DNA from: Octopus vulgaris
Taxonomy: Eukaryota
Direction of reading: 5' to 3'
DNA length: 64,000 bases
Assembly: GCA_951406725.2 (NCBI GenBank)
Contig: OX597843.1
Location: 18,290,001-18,354,000, forward strand
In this document: positions 12,054 through 24,461 of the stretch, one piece after another
How positions within the stretch are numbered: position 1 is the first letter of the stretch
Layout of the letters: every line of letters begins with the position of its first letter
Translations under genes and position numbers: made by a program
The notes under the pieces: model-generated
Databases searched by the model: none
What the model was told of the DNA's origin: nothing
What the model saw: the letters and a program-made list of their open reading frames with translations, nothing else

Positions 12054-12110
<57 letters not shown>

Positions 12111-12309
12111 GGAACAAAAACGCAATAGAGGACAATAAAAGATTCGGACAGATAGACGACACAAAGGCGGACAGGAGAAATAACGATGAGGACAGGCAAA
12201 AAAAGAACGAACCATTCGTGGCTTTCTTTCCTCAGTCAGGTCCCAGAAGTCACGACCATCTCGGGCAGTTACACTGGAGATGGTTCGATCTGGTTGTCCC
12301 CGCTTAAAA

Positions 12310-12352
<43 letters not shown>

Positions 12353-12353
<1 letters not shown>

Positions 12354-12687
12354 AGACCCCCTTCGGTCAGGCACTGACCATGGGTTTGCACCTAGAGAGA
12401 TACCCTCTGAGACACAAGTCTGGGCAAGGTTGTTTTGTGGAAGACCAGCAGTCGCCCATGCATACCGGCATCCCCTCTCCACGTCACCGATGTTGTCCAA
12501 GGGAAAGGCAAAGGGGCCGATACAGCTTGGCACGTGTGACGTCGCAACTCATTTCTACAGCTGAGTGAACTGGAGCAACGTGAAATAAAGTGCCTTGCTC
12601 AAGAACACAACACGCAGCCCGGTCCGGGATTCGAGCTCACAACCTCACGATCGTAAGCTCGACGCTCTAACCACTGAGCCATGCGCC
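12353..12687 (-). mobile_element. tRNA-derived CORE-type SINE
   Basis: Minus strand: ggcgcatggctcagtggttagagcg (A box), gagctcgaatccc (B box), CORE-like gtgttcttgagcaaggcactttatttcac...cagctgtagaaatgag. Confidence 0.8.
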
Positions 12688-13123
12688 TTTATATATATAT
12701 ATACACATATATATATGTGTATGTGTGTGTATTCATTCGTCTTTCTTCCTCCTCTCCCCCATAAGGAGTTCAACACCCGCCACCGACCTGCGCTACCCAC
12801 TCCGTCTACTCCTTACCCTAATTTTTCATGCAACCATCAACTTGCGTCGTTGAAAGTAAGCTTCACAAGTATCACAGCACTTGTAGACAATTACTAAAAC
12901 AAGGAGCCACACCAAGTGGGAAATTCCGTTTTAACCAGGGAAATATGTACAATTGTTCCGAGTATAAATTATTTGATAAACAATCCACTTGACAAACAGT
13001 AATTAAGTACACTTTCAATGTAATTTTTAATACGGAATAAGCGGGATAAGAAGAAATAGGTGGAGCAGAAAGTCTCTGAGGAGATCATAGTATGTGTGAC
13101 GAAAGAATTTAAATAAACTAATG

Positions 13124-13202
<79 letters not shown>

Positions 13203-13269
13203 GAGGAAGAAGAAGAAGAAGAAGAAGAAGAAGAAGAAGAAGAAGAAGAAGAAGAAGAAGAATGATAAG

Positions 13270-13319
<50 letters not shown>

Positions 13320-13321
<2 letters not shown>

Positions 13322-15916
13322 CCATTTAAGATGTGAGAACTATAAAACAGTGCTATCCACAAACATAGAAAACAAAGACATCGTATGGAGCCAAAAATTT
13401 ACTGACAAAGGATTGGACTGTATCCGAGTAAGTAATACTCATTGAAATTTACACATTGAAATTTATTACTATTTTCGAAACGAAATTATGTATTTTAACT
13501 CGATATCATCTCCACCTCTAACACAACACATGTAAACATGCGTGGAACGTTACGATCCATCAACACCAGATCATCCCCGACCCCAAACACCATGTACAAA
13601 GGAACTACGAAGAAATTAAATAACACCGATATTATTCAATCCAAGAATAACAATCGGGAAGTACGTACTTTAAACTTACAACACAAAATGTACGAAAAAC
13701 TACACGTGCAAAACAATGTGACAACAGAAATGAACGGACCGGTACCCTACGAAAATGATGACCGTCAAAATAATGGGCCGGACGTTGTTCCTCATGTCCC
13801 GCAAATAAAACCCAAAAGACATAAATGGACACGTGAGGAATACATTTCTATCCTACACGCTTACTTTACAGCAGTGTTCTACCCAAAGAATGAAAACACA
13901 ACAACACATACATAAAAAATATGGAACGAAGATAACATAAATATAGACTTGGATACAGCAATGAACTCTAATAAACTAGCCAACGTACGAAGATATATTC
14001 TCAACGCAAAAAAATATCAGAAATAGAAAAAATACATCATGAAAATGTAGATAGAAGCCACACAACGATGCCCAATAATATAAACACTGAAACAGTAAAA
14101 CACGAAGACAAACGTAACATTTCCAACAAAAATGATGTAAACAAAAAACAACAAACCCCGAACGTAAGGATGCATAATAATACACGACAAAGAGGAAGCC
14201 AAAACACAACAGACAAATATACGAACGTGAAAAAAAGCGACACAAATCTAAAACCTGGAAACAACGAAGAGGAGCCTAATGATTATGATACTATAAAAAG
14301 TAGAATAATCAAAGAACTGAAAAACACAGATCTCAAGATGGACCACCGACCATATCTCCCAAAAATCAAAATAGACGAAACAACAACACCAATTATAAAC
14401 AGCATAAACCTAGCCATCACAGAACTAATAGCCACTGAAACAAGTAGCGATATCACTAAGCTAAATGACTTAGTATACGCAGCAGTCACTGCAGCCACAA
14501 AAGAAGCTGGATACTCCCTCAAACCCATCCAAACAGGAGTACCACCACCCAAACAAACCCTGTGGATAAATAACATCCAAAAGAAAATACAAAAAATGAG
14601 AAAAGATCTGTCGATTCTTAACGAAATCAGTAGACAATCAACGCTACTGAGCAACAAAAAGAAAACAAAAATACTGAGCAAATACAACATCATAGAAAAA
14701 GATTTACCTGAGATAAAAGAAAAGCTGAAGCAAGATATCCTTGCCGAAGCACAAAGGATCCGTCGGTATGAGAAACGCCAACGTTTCTTTGAACAAAACA
14801 AACTGTTCAACTCCAACCCCAAAAAGTTCTACCAAGAACTTGACAAGAATAAAATAGACATCACTGCAGCACCAACGGCAGAAGACGTGGAAGAATTCTG
14901 GAAAGGAATATGGTCGGCGAATGAACAACCAAAAAAAAAGGAGTATTAAAGCAACAAACATAGTATCTGAGCAACTTTGGAACCCCATAACAACTGAAGA
15001 GGTCACCCAGGCACTGCAAAGAATATGCAACTGGAAGGCACCTGGGCATGACAAGATCCCCAACTTTTGGTTGAAATATCTAACAGGAATGCTCAAAAAA
15101 CTGGCTGAAAACTTTAACAACATACTGGCAGAGCCAGAGACAATGCCTGAATGGCTCTCGAAGGGGAAAACCATCTTAATTCCCAAATTAAGACCAAAGC
15201 CTCCCCACCAGAAATTACCAAAAACATGTAATGAAAAGAAATATAACAAGTAACTGCAGAATATGTGGAGATGGACAAGAAACAATAAATCATATTATCT
15301 CTGGCTGCCTAGTCCTGGCTAAGAAGGAATATATTCACAGACACGACAGAGTTGGAACCTACATACACTGGAAGCTATGTCAACATTATGGAATAACAAC
15401 AGAAAAAAGATGGTAGAGGCACACACCAGAAAAGGTCACAGAAAACGAGAAAGCAACCATACTCTGGGATATGCCGATACACACAGATAGAGAAATTAAG
15501 GCCAACAGACCAGATATAGTTCTCAGAGATCATGAAGAAAAAATGCTTTCTAATTGATGTATCAATACCGGCAGATGACAACGTGTCTCTAAAAGAAATG
15601 GAGAAACTTTCAAAATACAAAGACCTGGAAATAGATGTAACCAAAATGTGGAATCTAAAAACAGAAACAATTCCTATCATAGTAGGTGCATTAGGCATGA
15701 TAAAAACATATTCAGACAAATACATAACAAAAACACCAGGACTTACAAACACATATAACATACAGAAAATTGCACTACTAGGCACTGCACACATCCTACG
15801 CACACTTTCCATACAATAACCATCAGAGCATCACAACAAATCACAGCACATACCCAAGGCACACAGAGCTGCGCTCAGTAGTGAAGTGAAAGCACGCTAT
15901 AAAAATAAAACTACTG
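13320..15916 (+). mobile_element. R4/Dong-clade non-LTR retrotransposon (restriction-like endonuclease), both ends present, most of RT deleted
   Basis: N-terminal RHKWTREEY, AQRIRRYEKR and WKAPGHDKIPNFWLK...GKTILIPK joined directly to DQSLPTRNYQK, CRICG..ETINHIISGC, HRHDRV, RPDIV, LIDVSIP, EKLSKYKDL. (TAA)n on both sides. Confidence 0.9.
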
Positions 15917-15934
15917 AATAATAATAATAATAAC

Positions 15935-16005
<71 letters not shown>

Positions 16006-16061
16006 TAATAATAATAATAGTATTAATAATAATAATAATAATAATAATAATGATAATAATG

Positions 16062-16099
<38 letters not shown>

Positions 16100-16100
<1 letters not shown>

Positions 16101-17091
16101 GCAATAAAAACTTAGATTCGATTTCTGAGAACAACCCCAACAGAAGTAAATTTATGTCTAATAATTCTAAGATCAAGAATTCTATATACCAGTGCAAAAT
16201 TTCTTGCGGTACCGATGTCTACTTCTACATTGGCGCATCCTCTTCCCAGTTATCTAAGAGAATTTCGAATCATTATTCATCATTTAGGGATTGCAGAAAA
16301 CGCCATAATACAGGGCTAAGTAAATTGGTTTGGCATCTTAAAGACAACAATAAAGATTTTAAGTTAGATTGGTTCATCCTGTCCATAGCTTTTCCTTACG
16401 ATAAGGGCAAGGGATTTTGTAATATTTGCAACTCTGAACTCTTCCATATTCACTTCTCTAAGAATCACCTTAGTAACACACTTATAGAGCGATCTTACAA
16501 ATGTAAACACTGGCAGAAACATACGTTTTACTCATATAAGTGATTTTGCCATTTTTTATAGTTTGAACAGTTAGTTTAACTTGCACTTTACTTCAACAGA
16601 CAAATCTACGTCTAAGGCTTTGAACATTTTTTCAACCAACGCATCCCTCTTTATTTGTTCTCGACTTATTATTTCTTCAACCCTTCTCTTTCTAGTATCT
16701 GCCTTTGCTGTCGGATCTACTAACAGTTTTAAAAAAATACTTAATAACGTTCTGTTTATCATTTAGGCAGTCATCGTAATGTTATAATGTCTTGTTGTTG
16801 AGATAGGGTCTCTTTCTTTCCTGATGAGAAGATTGCATTTTACACCGTTTATTCCTTTGGAATAAAACCAATGTTCTTCGAAACATATGTCGAAAGTAAA
16901 AGAATGTGAATAATATCTGCGTTCAACTCCATTTTATTTACTTATTCTACACAAACTACTGCACATTAACCCAGAGTTTGTACCGTTGAATAGGTCGCTT
17001 CATCCGTGTTACTTGCGTGAATTTTGCTACCCTGGTAACTGTATATTGAATTTTCCATGTCAACGGTAAACAAGGGATAATTCATTCATCC

Positions 17092-17094
<3 letters not shown>
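16100..17094 (+). mobile_element. Penelope-like element 3' fragment: GIY-YIG endonuclease (16154-16543) plus pseudo-LTR
   Basis: SIYQCKI...YFYIGASS...KRISNHYSSF...TGLSKLVWHLK...W.IL...CNICNSEL...CKH. Lies between (TAA)n and (TA)n; hammerhead downstream. Confidence 0.85.
16811..16903 (+). ncRNA. Type I hammerhead ribozyme
   Basis: CUUUC-CUGAUGA-GAAGA(long insert with hairpin uuuauucc/ggaauaaa)UCUUC-GAAA-CAUAUG-UC-GAAAG. Predicted cleavage after GUC at 16891; palindromic stem III CAUAUG. Confidence 0.8.
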
Positions 17095-17132
<38 letters not shown>

Positions 17133-17215
17133 CATACATACACATACACACACATACATATACATACAGACACTCCAAACAATAACATATATATATATAT
17201 ATATATATGAATGTA

Positions 17216-17291
<76 letters not shown>

Positions 17292-17338
17292 GTGAATTGA
17301 AGAAATGGAGCTGAACGCAGATTGAACAGAAATCGTTT

Positions 17339-17432
17339 TATTTCATTCTACACGTGTTTCGAAAGGCACAATTTACCAAAATCCGATTGAATAATGGGAC
17401 CATATTGTGTCTTTCTCTTCAGGAAGAAAATA
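17339..17432 (-). ncRNA. Type I hammerhead ribozyme in the PLE 3' pseudo-LTR
   Basis: Inverted copy of the 21052-21145 motif; predicted cleavage after GUA (A at 17349, minus strand). Confidence 0.8.
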
Positions 17433-18018
17433 GGAAATCCGTTGGAAAAAACAAAAACAGAACAGAGGTGGAGCAAAAACAAATCGAACTAGGCTCCTAA
17501 AAGCCAATGGCGAAACTGTTTATCAGTGTATGTTGAGAACCGGTGGCTGAAGAATTTAACGGGTCAAGCATCGGTCAATCATGTGGGTGAGGGTGTGTAG
17601 ATGTTCTTTGTGACCGAGAATAAAGTTCTGACTATTTAAGGAATATTGGATGTTTTATAAGGGGCGAGAAAAAATCTACTTAGAGACGTGTGTGTGTGTA
17701 TACTGTTCTATATATGTGTGTGTTGGCGTAGGGGTAGAAAACATTTTTTGTGTACGTGTGTGCGTTTGATCGTTCGGCTGTCAGTGGCTACTGCAGTGAG
17801 AACCGTTGGGTGGCAGAAAAAAAAATATATATATTATGTTTTATGTGTTTGTGTGTTCATCTAAGCCTGCCTTGTCAAGGAAACCCCCGCTGTGAAAAAA
17901 CCAAGCCCCGTTTATCTTACAGGAGTAATTCCCCTTGCAGTGGTTAATCGTAGATATCTTAAAGGCTATTTCAGAATTTGTTACCAAGGGCTATGGGTGC
18001 CGGTATTATTTATAAACG

Positions 18019-20390
18019 CTATTTAAAAGCCAGATAAGTGTAACGCCGCCAATGGGGGCATCGAAAAGCCGACTGTAAAAGCCCGTTTACCATCCGGCCT
18101 CTGGCAAACAAAATATGGAAGAGTTCGGAGACACAAAGGTTGCACTGCCTTCTGCCCCTATCAAATGGGAGGGCCACCGACAAAATTGACCATTCCAGCC
18201 TGTAGCTTAAGTTCGTATCCTTCAGTCGCCATATTAGCTTACTGAGTCCCGTGGTCTTGCGCTTGTTCATGTCCCGAAAAGTTGCGTAATGGTTGGAGAC
18301 TCGCAAAGACAATCTTGAAGATGAGACCCCTACATATGTGAAGACATCTGAGTCCGTGTAAACCTTGCATTGGTAGACGGCGTTTTTGGTCTTGGAGTTC
18401 GCCGACGTGAATCTTATTCTGCTAGGATTAGTTTCTGAAATTAGAACTGCGTTCCTGTCACTATATTCGTTCCGAGACCTGCAGCCGCTTACTACTCTAT
18501 TTTCCACTACGTCACTATTAACTATAGGAATAACCCCTGATTCTCCACTATCTATCAGAGTGCTGTCATTGCTAGTGCCCGTGGTGCTGCTATTGCGGGA
18601 AATGATGCTGGGGATGCTATTGGGGCTCTCTACCCTACTCCCATTGTTACCGTCAACCACAACACCCCTATTTATAACTATACCCCTAGTGGGTACTCCC
18701 TGGCTGGAGCTGAGTTTATGTGTCACTGTACTGGCTCTCATACCATTATTACTACTATAATTATTCCTACTGAGCATTAAACCGGGAGCGGAAGAGGCTG
18801 TGCCTCCGGAAAAGGTGATAGGGTCTTAGTAAGTATCCTATTATTATGGGAGGCGATTATCTGGGCGAGGTTTTTAGTGTTGGAGAAAGCTATCCTAACT
18901 TTATGCGAGTTAACCGTGGAGTAATATTTGGAATTTCTGGGGAAGTTATTGGCGATGGCTTGTCTAAACATGAGGGGGAGGTTAGTTCTAATCTGCTTAC
19001 CAAAGGGGATTACAAACCATATATGCTTATTCCTATCAGTGTGATGGGTCGGGACGCCAGCTCTCGCATTCGGGTGGGTGATTCTCGGATGAATAACGGG
19101 TCTTGGGTTAGTGTAAGACCTCCCGGACCGATAATTATCCTTGTTCGCTAAATTAAATGCGGGAGCGACTACCCCGGCATCCGCCGCGCTCCCGTCCTTA
19201 CTTAAATTGTTACTGTTATTATATACGGCCCTATCCTGATGACCGAATGATGGCATCGGAAGGGCCGGATCAATATAAATTACCTTCTGCCTATAACCGG
19301 CCTTGGATAGTGCGGCGTTATAAAATTCCGCTTTCTGCATAAAAATATCGGCACTGGCGGACAAGCCAGACAATCTTAGAGAGATGTTTTTTTAACCAAA
19401 TTGTCTGTTACGGTTTTGGCATGATTTGAGAAGACACTGACATACTTCAAATTAGTGGAAGGCTTATGGTAAGGGCAGTATGAGTCGCTATTAAGGTTAA
19501 GTGTAACGTCTAGGAAATTAGCCTTGGTGAGTTCATTATCAAAAACTATACTCATGCCCATTCTATTAAAAAACCTAGCTAACCTGCTCTTAGTTTTCTG
19601 CACTATTCTGTTCGTGGTGTTTTGCAGGTAAAACAGACAATCGTCACGATACAGGCCGCCCGCGATCTCCGGGAATTGGTCGGACAATTCGTATAGAATA
19701 TATATTCCGACCAAATCGGCTATCTGCGCACTATCCGAACTACCCATAGGCACATCAAATTCATTGGGTGTATCTTTACGGATCCACAACTTATTATCAA
19801 ACTTAATAAACGATTTCCTGGCAACTAAAATGATATCTATCTCTTCTCTGGTGAGGCCAGCCTTGTTGTGGGCATGCCAGAGGGCCTTATTTAGCACACT
19901 AGGGTTAATCGAGGGGTAGAAGCTGGCGATATCAAATTGAATGAACCTAGTACGGTTCTTATTGGGGATGGAAGAGAACCACTTCACTACCTGCGAGGAG
20001 TTGGCCCAGAGGCTGAGCTTCAGCTTGTTTACTAAACTAGGGATATATTTATCTAAAATGTACTTACTGATTATCCCGATATCAGATCTAGCAGGGCATA
20101 TGAGTCTTAGCGCTGGGTTGGTGTGGAAGTTCGGTTTATGGTCCTTCACTATAAATCTGGGTTGCTTAGGGCTAAGCGGCTGAGTTCTCATTTGAATTCG
20201 GTGTTTAAATATTATTTCCTTAATTTCCAAGTTTACCTTCCTCAGGGTACTCCAATTGGTTTTTCTATAATTTTTCTTGATCTCTTTACCGAGTAAATCT
20301 AGGTACTGCTTAATGGGCAGCTTGTATGTGTTCCTGGTCTTGTCGGACTGGACCAGGACTCCGTCCGTTCTATTAATGTCCTTGGTAATT
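18019..20390 (-). pseudogene. PLE polyprotein: reverse transcriptase, low-complexity linker, GIY-YIG endonuclease (5'-truncated, two 1-nt frameshifts)
   Basis: KDHKPNF, RLICPARSDIGIISK, FIQFDIASFYPSI, PMGSSDSAQIADLVGIYIL, GLYRDD, FLDVTLNL, YHKP, IASHNNRIL; then AVYQCKV..YVGVSS..RVSNH..TGLSKLIWRLK..CNLCVSE..CPH. Breaks at ~19390 (A7 run) and ~18825. Confidence 0.9.
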
Positions 20391-21051
20391 TTAAACGGGC
20401 TTTTACAGTCGGCTTTTCGATGCCCCCATTGGCGGCGTTACACTTATCTGGCTTTTAAATAGCGTTTATAAATAATACCGGCACCCATAGCCCTTGGTAA
20501 CAAATTCTGAAATAGCCTTTAAGATATCTACGATTAACCACTGCAAGGGGAATTACTCCTGTAAGATAAACGGGGCTTGGTTTTTTTCACAACGGGGGGT
20601 TTCCTTGACAAGGCAGGCTTAGATGAACACACAAACACATAAAACATAATATATATATATTTTTTTTCTGCCACCCAACGGTTCTCACTGCAGTAGCCAC
20701 TGACAGCCGAACGATCAAACGCACACACGTACACAAAAAATGTTTTCTACCCCTACGCCAACACACACATATATAGAACAGTATACACACACACACGTCT
20801 CTAAGTAGATTTTTTCTCGCCCCTTATAAAACATCCAATATTCCTTAAATAGTCAGAACTTTATTCTCGGTCACAAAGAACATCTACACACCCTCACCCA
20901 CATGATTGACCGATGCTTGACCCGTTAAATTCTTCAGCCACCGGTTCTCAACATACACTGATAAACAGTTTCGCCATTGGCTTTTAGGAGCCTAGTTCGA
21001 TTTGTTTTTGCTTCGCCTCTGTTCTGTTTTTGTTTTTTCCAACGGATTTCC

Positions 21052-21145
21052 TATTTTCTTCCTGAAGAGAAAGACACAATATGGTCCCATTATTCAATCG
21101 GATTTTGGTAAATTGTGCCTTTCGAAACACGTGTAGAATGAAATA
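21052..21145 (+). ncRNA. Type I hammerhead ribozyme in the inverted pseudo-LTR
   Basis: UAUUUUCUUC-CUGAAGA-GAAAGACACAAU(loop)AUUGUGCCUUUC-GAAA-CACGUG-UA-GAAUGAAAUA. Stem I 9/10, stem II 11/12, palindromic stem III; predicted cleavage after 21135. Confidence 0.82.
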
Positions 21146-21351
21146 AAACGATTTCTGTTCAATCTGCGTTCAGCTCCATTTCTTCAATTCACCAATAATA
21201 TTTTAATTTCAATTATCCGCACCAACGCACGGTTGCAACACCATATGGTTGTACCTCCAACCGTGCTGTTTACTGCTGTGATTTTTGCTACTAAGGTATC
21301 GGTTAAACTTTTGATTAATCTACTACAAGATTATTCATCTTTCTATTTCAC

Positions 21352-21527
<176 letters not shown>

Positions 21528-21799
21528 CTATAAAATACAATTTTTTAAAGCTAAAATTATTCAAATCATAGGAGTAAGAAATAAATTAAGAACATTTTAT
21601 CTTATGAATACTTATATTGATTTATTAATCTAGAATAAATATATCTAAATCTAAAAAATAACAATGGAAGGAGTTTACCTTTGAAAAACCTAACCTAAAA
21701 TAATGGCAACGTAGAAATCCAAAAACAAATGAGAGAAGAACCAACTTAAATAGTAAATAGAAGGGATGAAACTATGATTATCAAACTCTCAATAATCGG

Positions 21800-22330
21800 T
21801 TTATCAAATTAAACAAAATGAAACATCCTTAAAATACCTGTTTATGTAAAAATGTTTAAACACATTCATTCCTATGAACACTAAAAATCCTCTTTCCGAT
21901 TTTGAGTGTAATAGCTTTCTTCTAGAAAATAAAATCAAAAACAATTCTTCAAAACACAACGAACAGAACCGATTGGCAGTCTTATAGGCCGGAGCCGTCC
22001 CTAAAATGTTCCATTCAATAAAGAACAAATTATTACGATCTTAAAGATTCCAGATGAAATTACTAAGACTAATAGAAGAAGCCTTATTTCTGATCCTAAA
22101 AGAAAGGTAATGGTTTGAAACCTTGTTTGTTAATATCATTAGCAGAAGAACCAATATAAATATAAAAATTACCCCCAGAAATGATTTCAGCTCCATAAAC
22201 CGCTTCTTTACTATTGCATAAAGATGCTGTCTTTAGAAGTTGTAAATGCATTTTAGAGCGTGGTTGCAAAATATTTGGAGAAGAATTTTGGTGCTTCAAG
22301 ATCCCCTTGCTTAACTCTGTTTTCAAATGG
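21800..22330 (-). mobile_element. Third PLE GIY-YIG endonuclease fragment, degenerate
   Basis: KEAVYGAEI...YIYIGSS...SLSNFIWNL...IEWNILGTAPAY...FCSLCFEELFLI; frameshifted. Confidence 0.75.
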
Positions 22331-22399
22331 AAATGCTTCTGCTATGGATCCACCAAATTTAACTTGGGCTTTCATATCCATATACAGAGCCCTAATTAT

Positions 22400-24300
22400 A
22401 TTCACAAACTAATCTGGACAGTTAAGTTCCTTCGGTACCGGCCACGGTCGAAAACATTCTGAAGATCCACAAAACAATGGTAGAACCTCATGTTTTGTTC
22501 ATTGCCCTTTCCTGGCAGCTGCCAGGCAGGGAAGATCATATCAATTGTCCCTCATGAAGCACAGACGCTGCATTGTGACTCCGGTGCAGCTCTTGGGATG
22601 ATAAATTTATGAAGGCGCTCTTAGGTAACATAACGAAGTACCTTTCCAACAACAGACAACAAGAATATTCTGTGGACATTTCCACACACGTCCATGGAAC
22701 GAGATTTATATCAAGAAATGAGAATAGAATCAATCCAGTGTTTAAAGTACCCCCTCTTTCCTCCAGTAAGAAACGAAATAGTTTGATAATCCTTTCCCCC
22801 ACTAAACCCCTAAATTCCTGAGTTGACTTGTGTTGGCTGGACAGGAATTTCTTTGACAACTGAAGAATTAAAGATTTCCTCAGTTATTCTCATATTTCCA
22901 TTCGACTGTTTATTGAGAAGATCAGAATAGTGAAGTACTAATTGTTTTTGTATGGATTGACATTAGTGAAGCGCTGTCGGCCATCAACAGATCTCACTGG
23001 AGCTATAGTGGTTGACCGAGGGCCAAAAACCTCTTCTATTAATACAAAAGAATAGAAGGCTTTTGTAGCCTCATGGTCAATAGCACTTTGTACATCTCTT
23101 GCCTTTTGGTGCCACCATTTATCTTTCATTTTCTGAAGACTACATCGAATTTTTAATTGAAGAGATTTGTATCTCATGTCCTGGCTGGAATTGTTTGTTT
23201 TACTTAGAATTGTCTTGCTTTGTGACTACTTTTTATAAAGAAGATTAGGAATTTCCAAGCCAATAAACCAAGTTGCATCTTTTTTAAATCTCTTTCCCCA
23301 AATGGAAGAAACCGAATCGCAGATTTGTAATTTGAAATATTCTTCCATGGATCTCCTTGTTCAGGTGAGACATCTCTTATTGACACGTGAAAACTTTGTG
23401 ATAAAGTGGGGGGAATGAAGGTTTACTGTGTTGATTCTCTTTGGTACAGTAGAGCCCCCTTTCTAATCTTGCGCTGGATTGAAAAATTAAGTTTGTCTCC
23501 CACAAGCTTATGCTCTGTCCATCATTCTGCTCCTTTCATAGCTCGGACATTTCAGACAGCTTCCAAATCGGATTTGCGTACCAAGACAAAGTCAACAAGG
23601 TGCCAGTGCTTAGAACTTGATTGATTCCAGGTTGTTTTATATTTGGTTTTTACTGAAAGAAACCGCATGCTATCAAAAGCCGATGTTCAGTGCAAACACA
23701 AAGAGTAGACACTATTTCAGTTATGTTCTTCTTCACAAGGTCAGTTATGTCATGAAACCAAATTCAACTTTTCAGTTGAAGTCCTCCATAATTACTAGCT
23801 TATCAGTAGCTGGCACATTTCTTACCAATTCTCCAGGGTCGTTGTAGAATTGTCCAACAGATGCTTCTGCGTGTGACATTGTGGGTGCAATAACACTTAT
23901 TACAGTGAAGTATCTCCGTTCCTCCTTTTCAGATGCGGACGACATAATAAAATAGATGCTAAGGAACCGGTGGGGGGGATTTCAAAAGATGAGACCAGAG
24001 GGTTTCTAACAGCCAAGATTCTCTTCTTTCACCATCTGCTAAACCTTTCTGAAAGAAAGTGTAGCCAAATCCACTCCAATTGAAATGACCATCCCCTCTT
24101 AAAAAGTTTCAAGGAGTGTTCCTACCTTTAATGAATGTCTTTTCAAGTTCTGGGCGATCAGTACAGTTCATCTCTCTGGTCTACGATTAAAATTGTTCCC
24201 ACCCAGAGTACACAGATTCTAAAAAGCAAGTTTCTTTGAACGTTTAATCTTCTTGAGTTGACCATTTGACCAGAGTGACAGGTTGATGACTGGGCCATTT
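22400..24300 (-). mobile_element. RTE-clade LINE, degenerate 5' part (APE endonuclease, start of RT)
   Basis: Minus-strand remnants VISVIAPTMSH..QFY, DKLVIMEDFN, SKHWHLVDFVLVRK, KDKWWHQKA, DMIF..QL..K..EQN...CFVDL...FD. Confidence 0.75.
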
Positions 24301-24461
24301 GCTGAGCCAAGCTTTTTCATCTTTTGTTCCCAAACCCTTATTGCCATTTACCACTTTTGTTTAAGTCATTTCCGATAACTTCAAAGAGCATTTGAAGGCC
24401 AACCATACTAATAGAGTTTGTAATGTACAAGTGGTACCCCTGTAATTAGATATATTTCTCA

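Larger units (their letters stand above)
17285..21346 (-). mobile_element. Penelope-like retroelement (probably Naiad-type) with inverted 5' pseudo-LTR
   Basis: RT + GIY-YIG on the minus strand. 17285-18089 is a near-perfect inverted repeat of 20392-21200. Flanked by (TA)n on both sides. Confidence 0.9.

Noticed and set aside
12110-12310. Possible hammerhead (minus strand CUGAGGA...GAAU) in a TA-flanked repeat, also at ~49075, ~57870 and ~63850
   Set aside because: No stem II or stem I pairing and GAAA is absent; at best a decayed remnant.
12620-12687. tRNA gene
   Set aside because: The tRNA-like head continues into a CORE domain and tail, so it is a SINE.
18019-18400. Selenocysteine recoding as reported for some Naiad PLEs
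   Set aside because: No in-frame TGA in the endonuclease; the ORF ends in TAG.
18775-18779. TAATG stop-start overlap between the RT-side ORF and the GIY-YIG ORF (possible translational coupling)
   Set aside because: The endonuclease frame is already open 14 codons upstream (DPITFSGGTASSAPGLM), so a single-base deletion near 18825 restores one polyprotein, the normal PLE layout. Would be revived only if the family consensus keeps the overlap.
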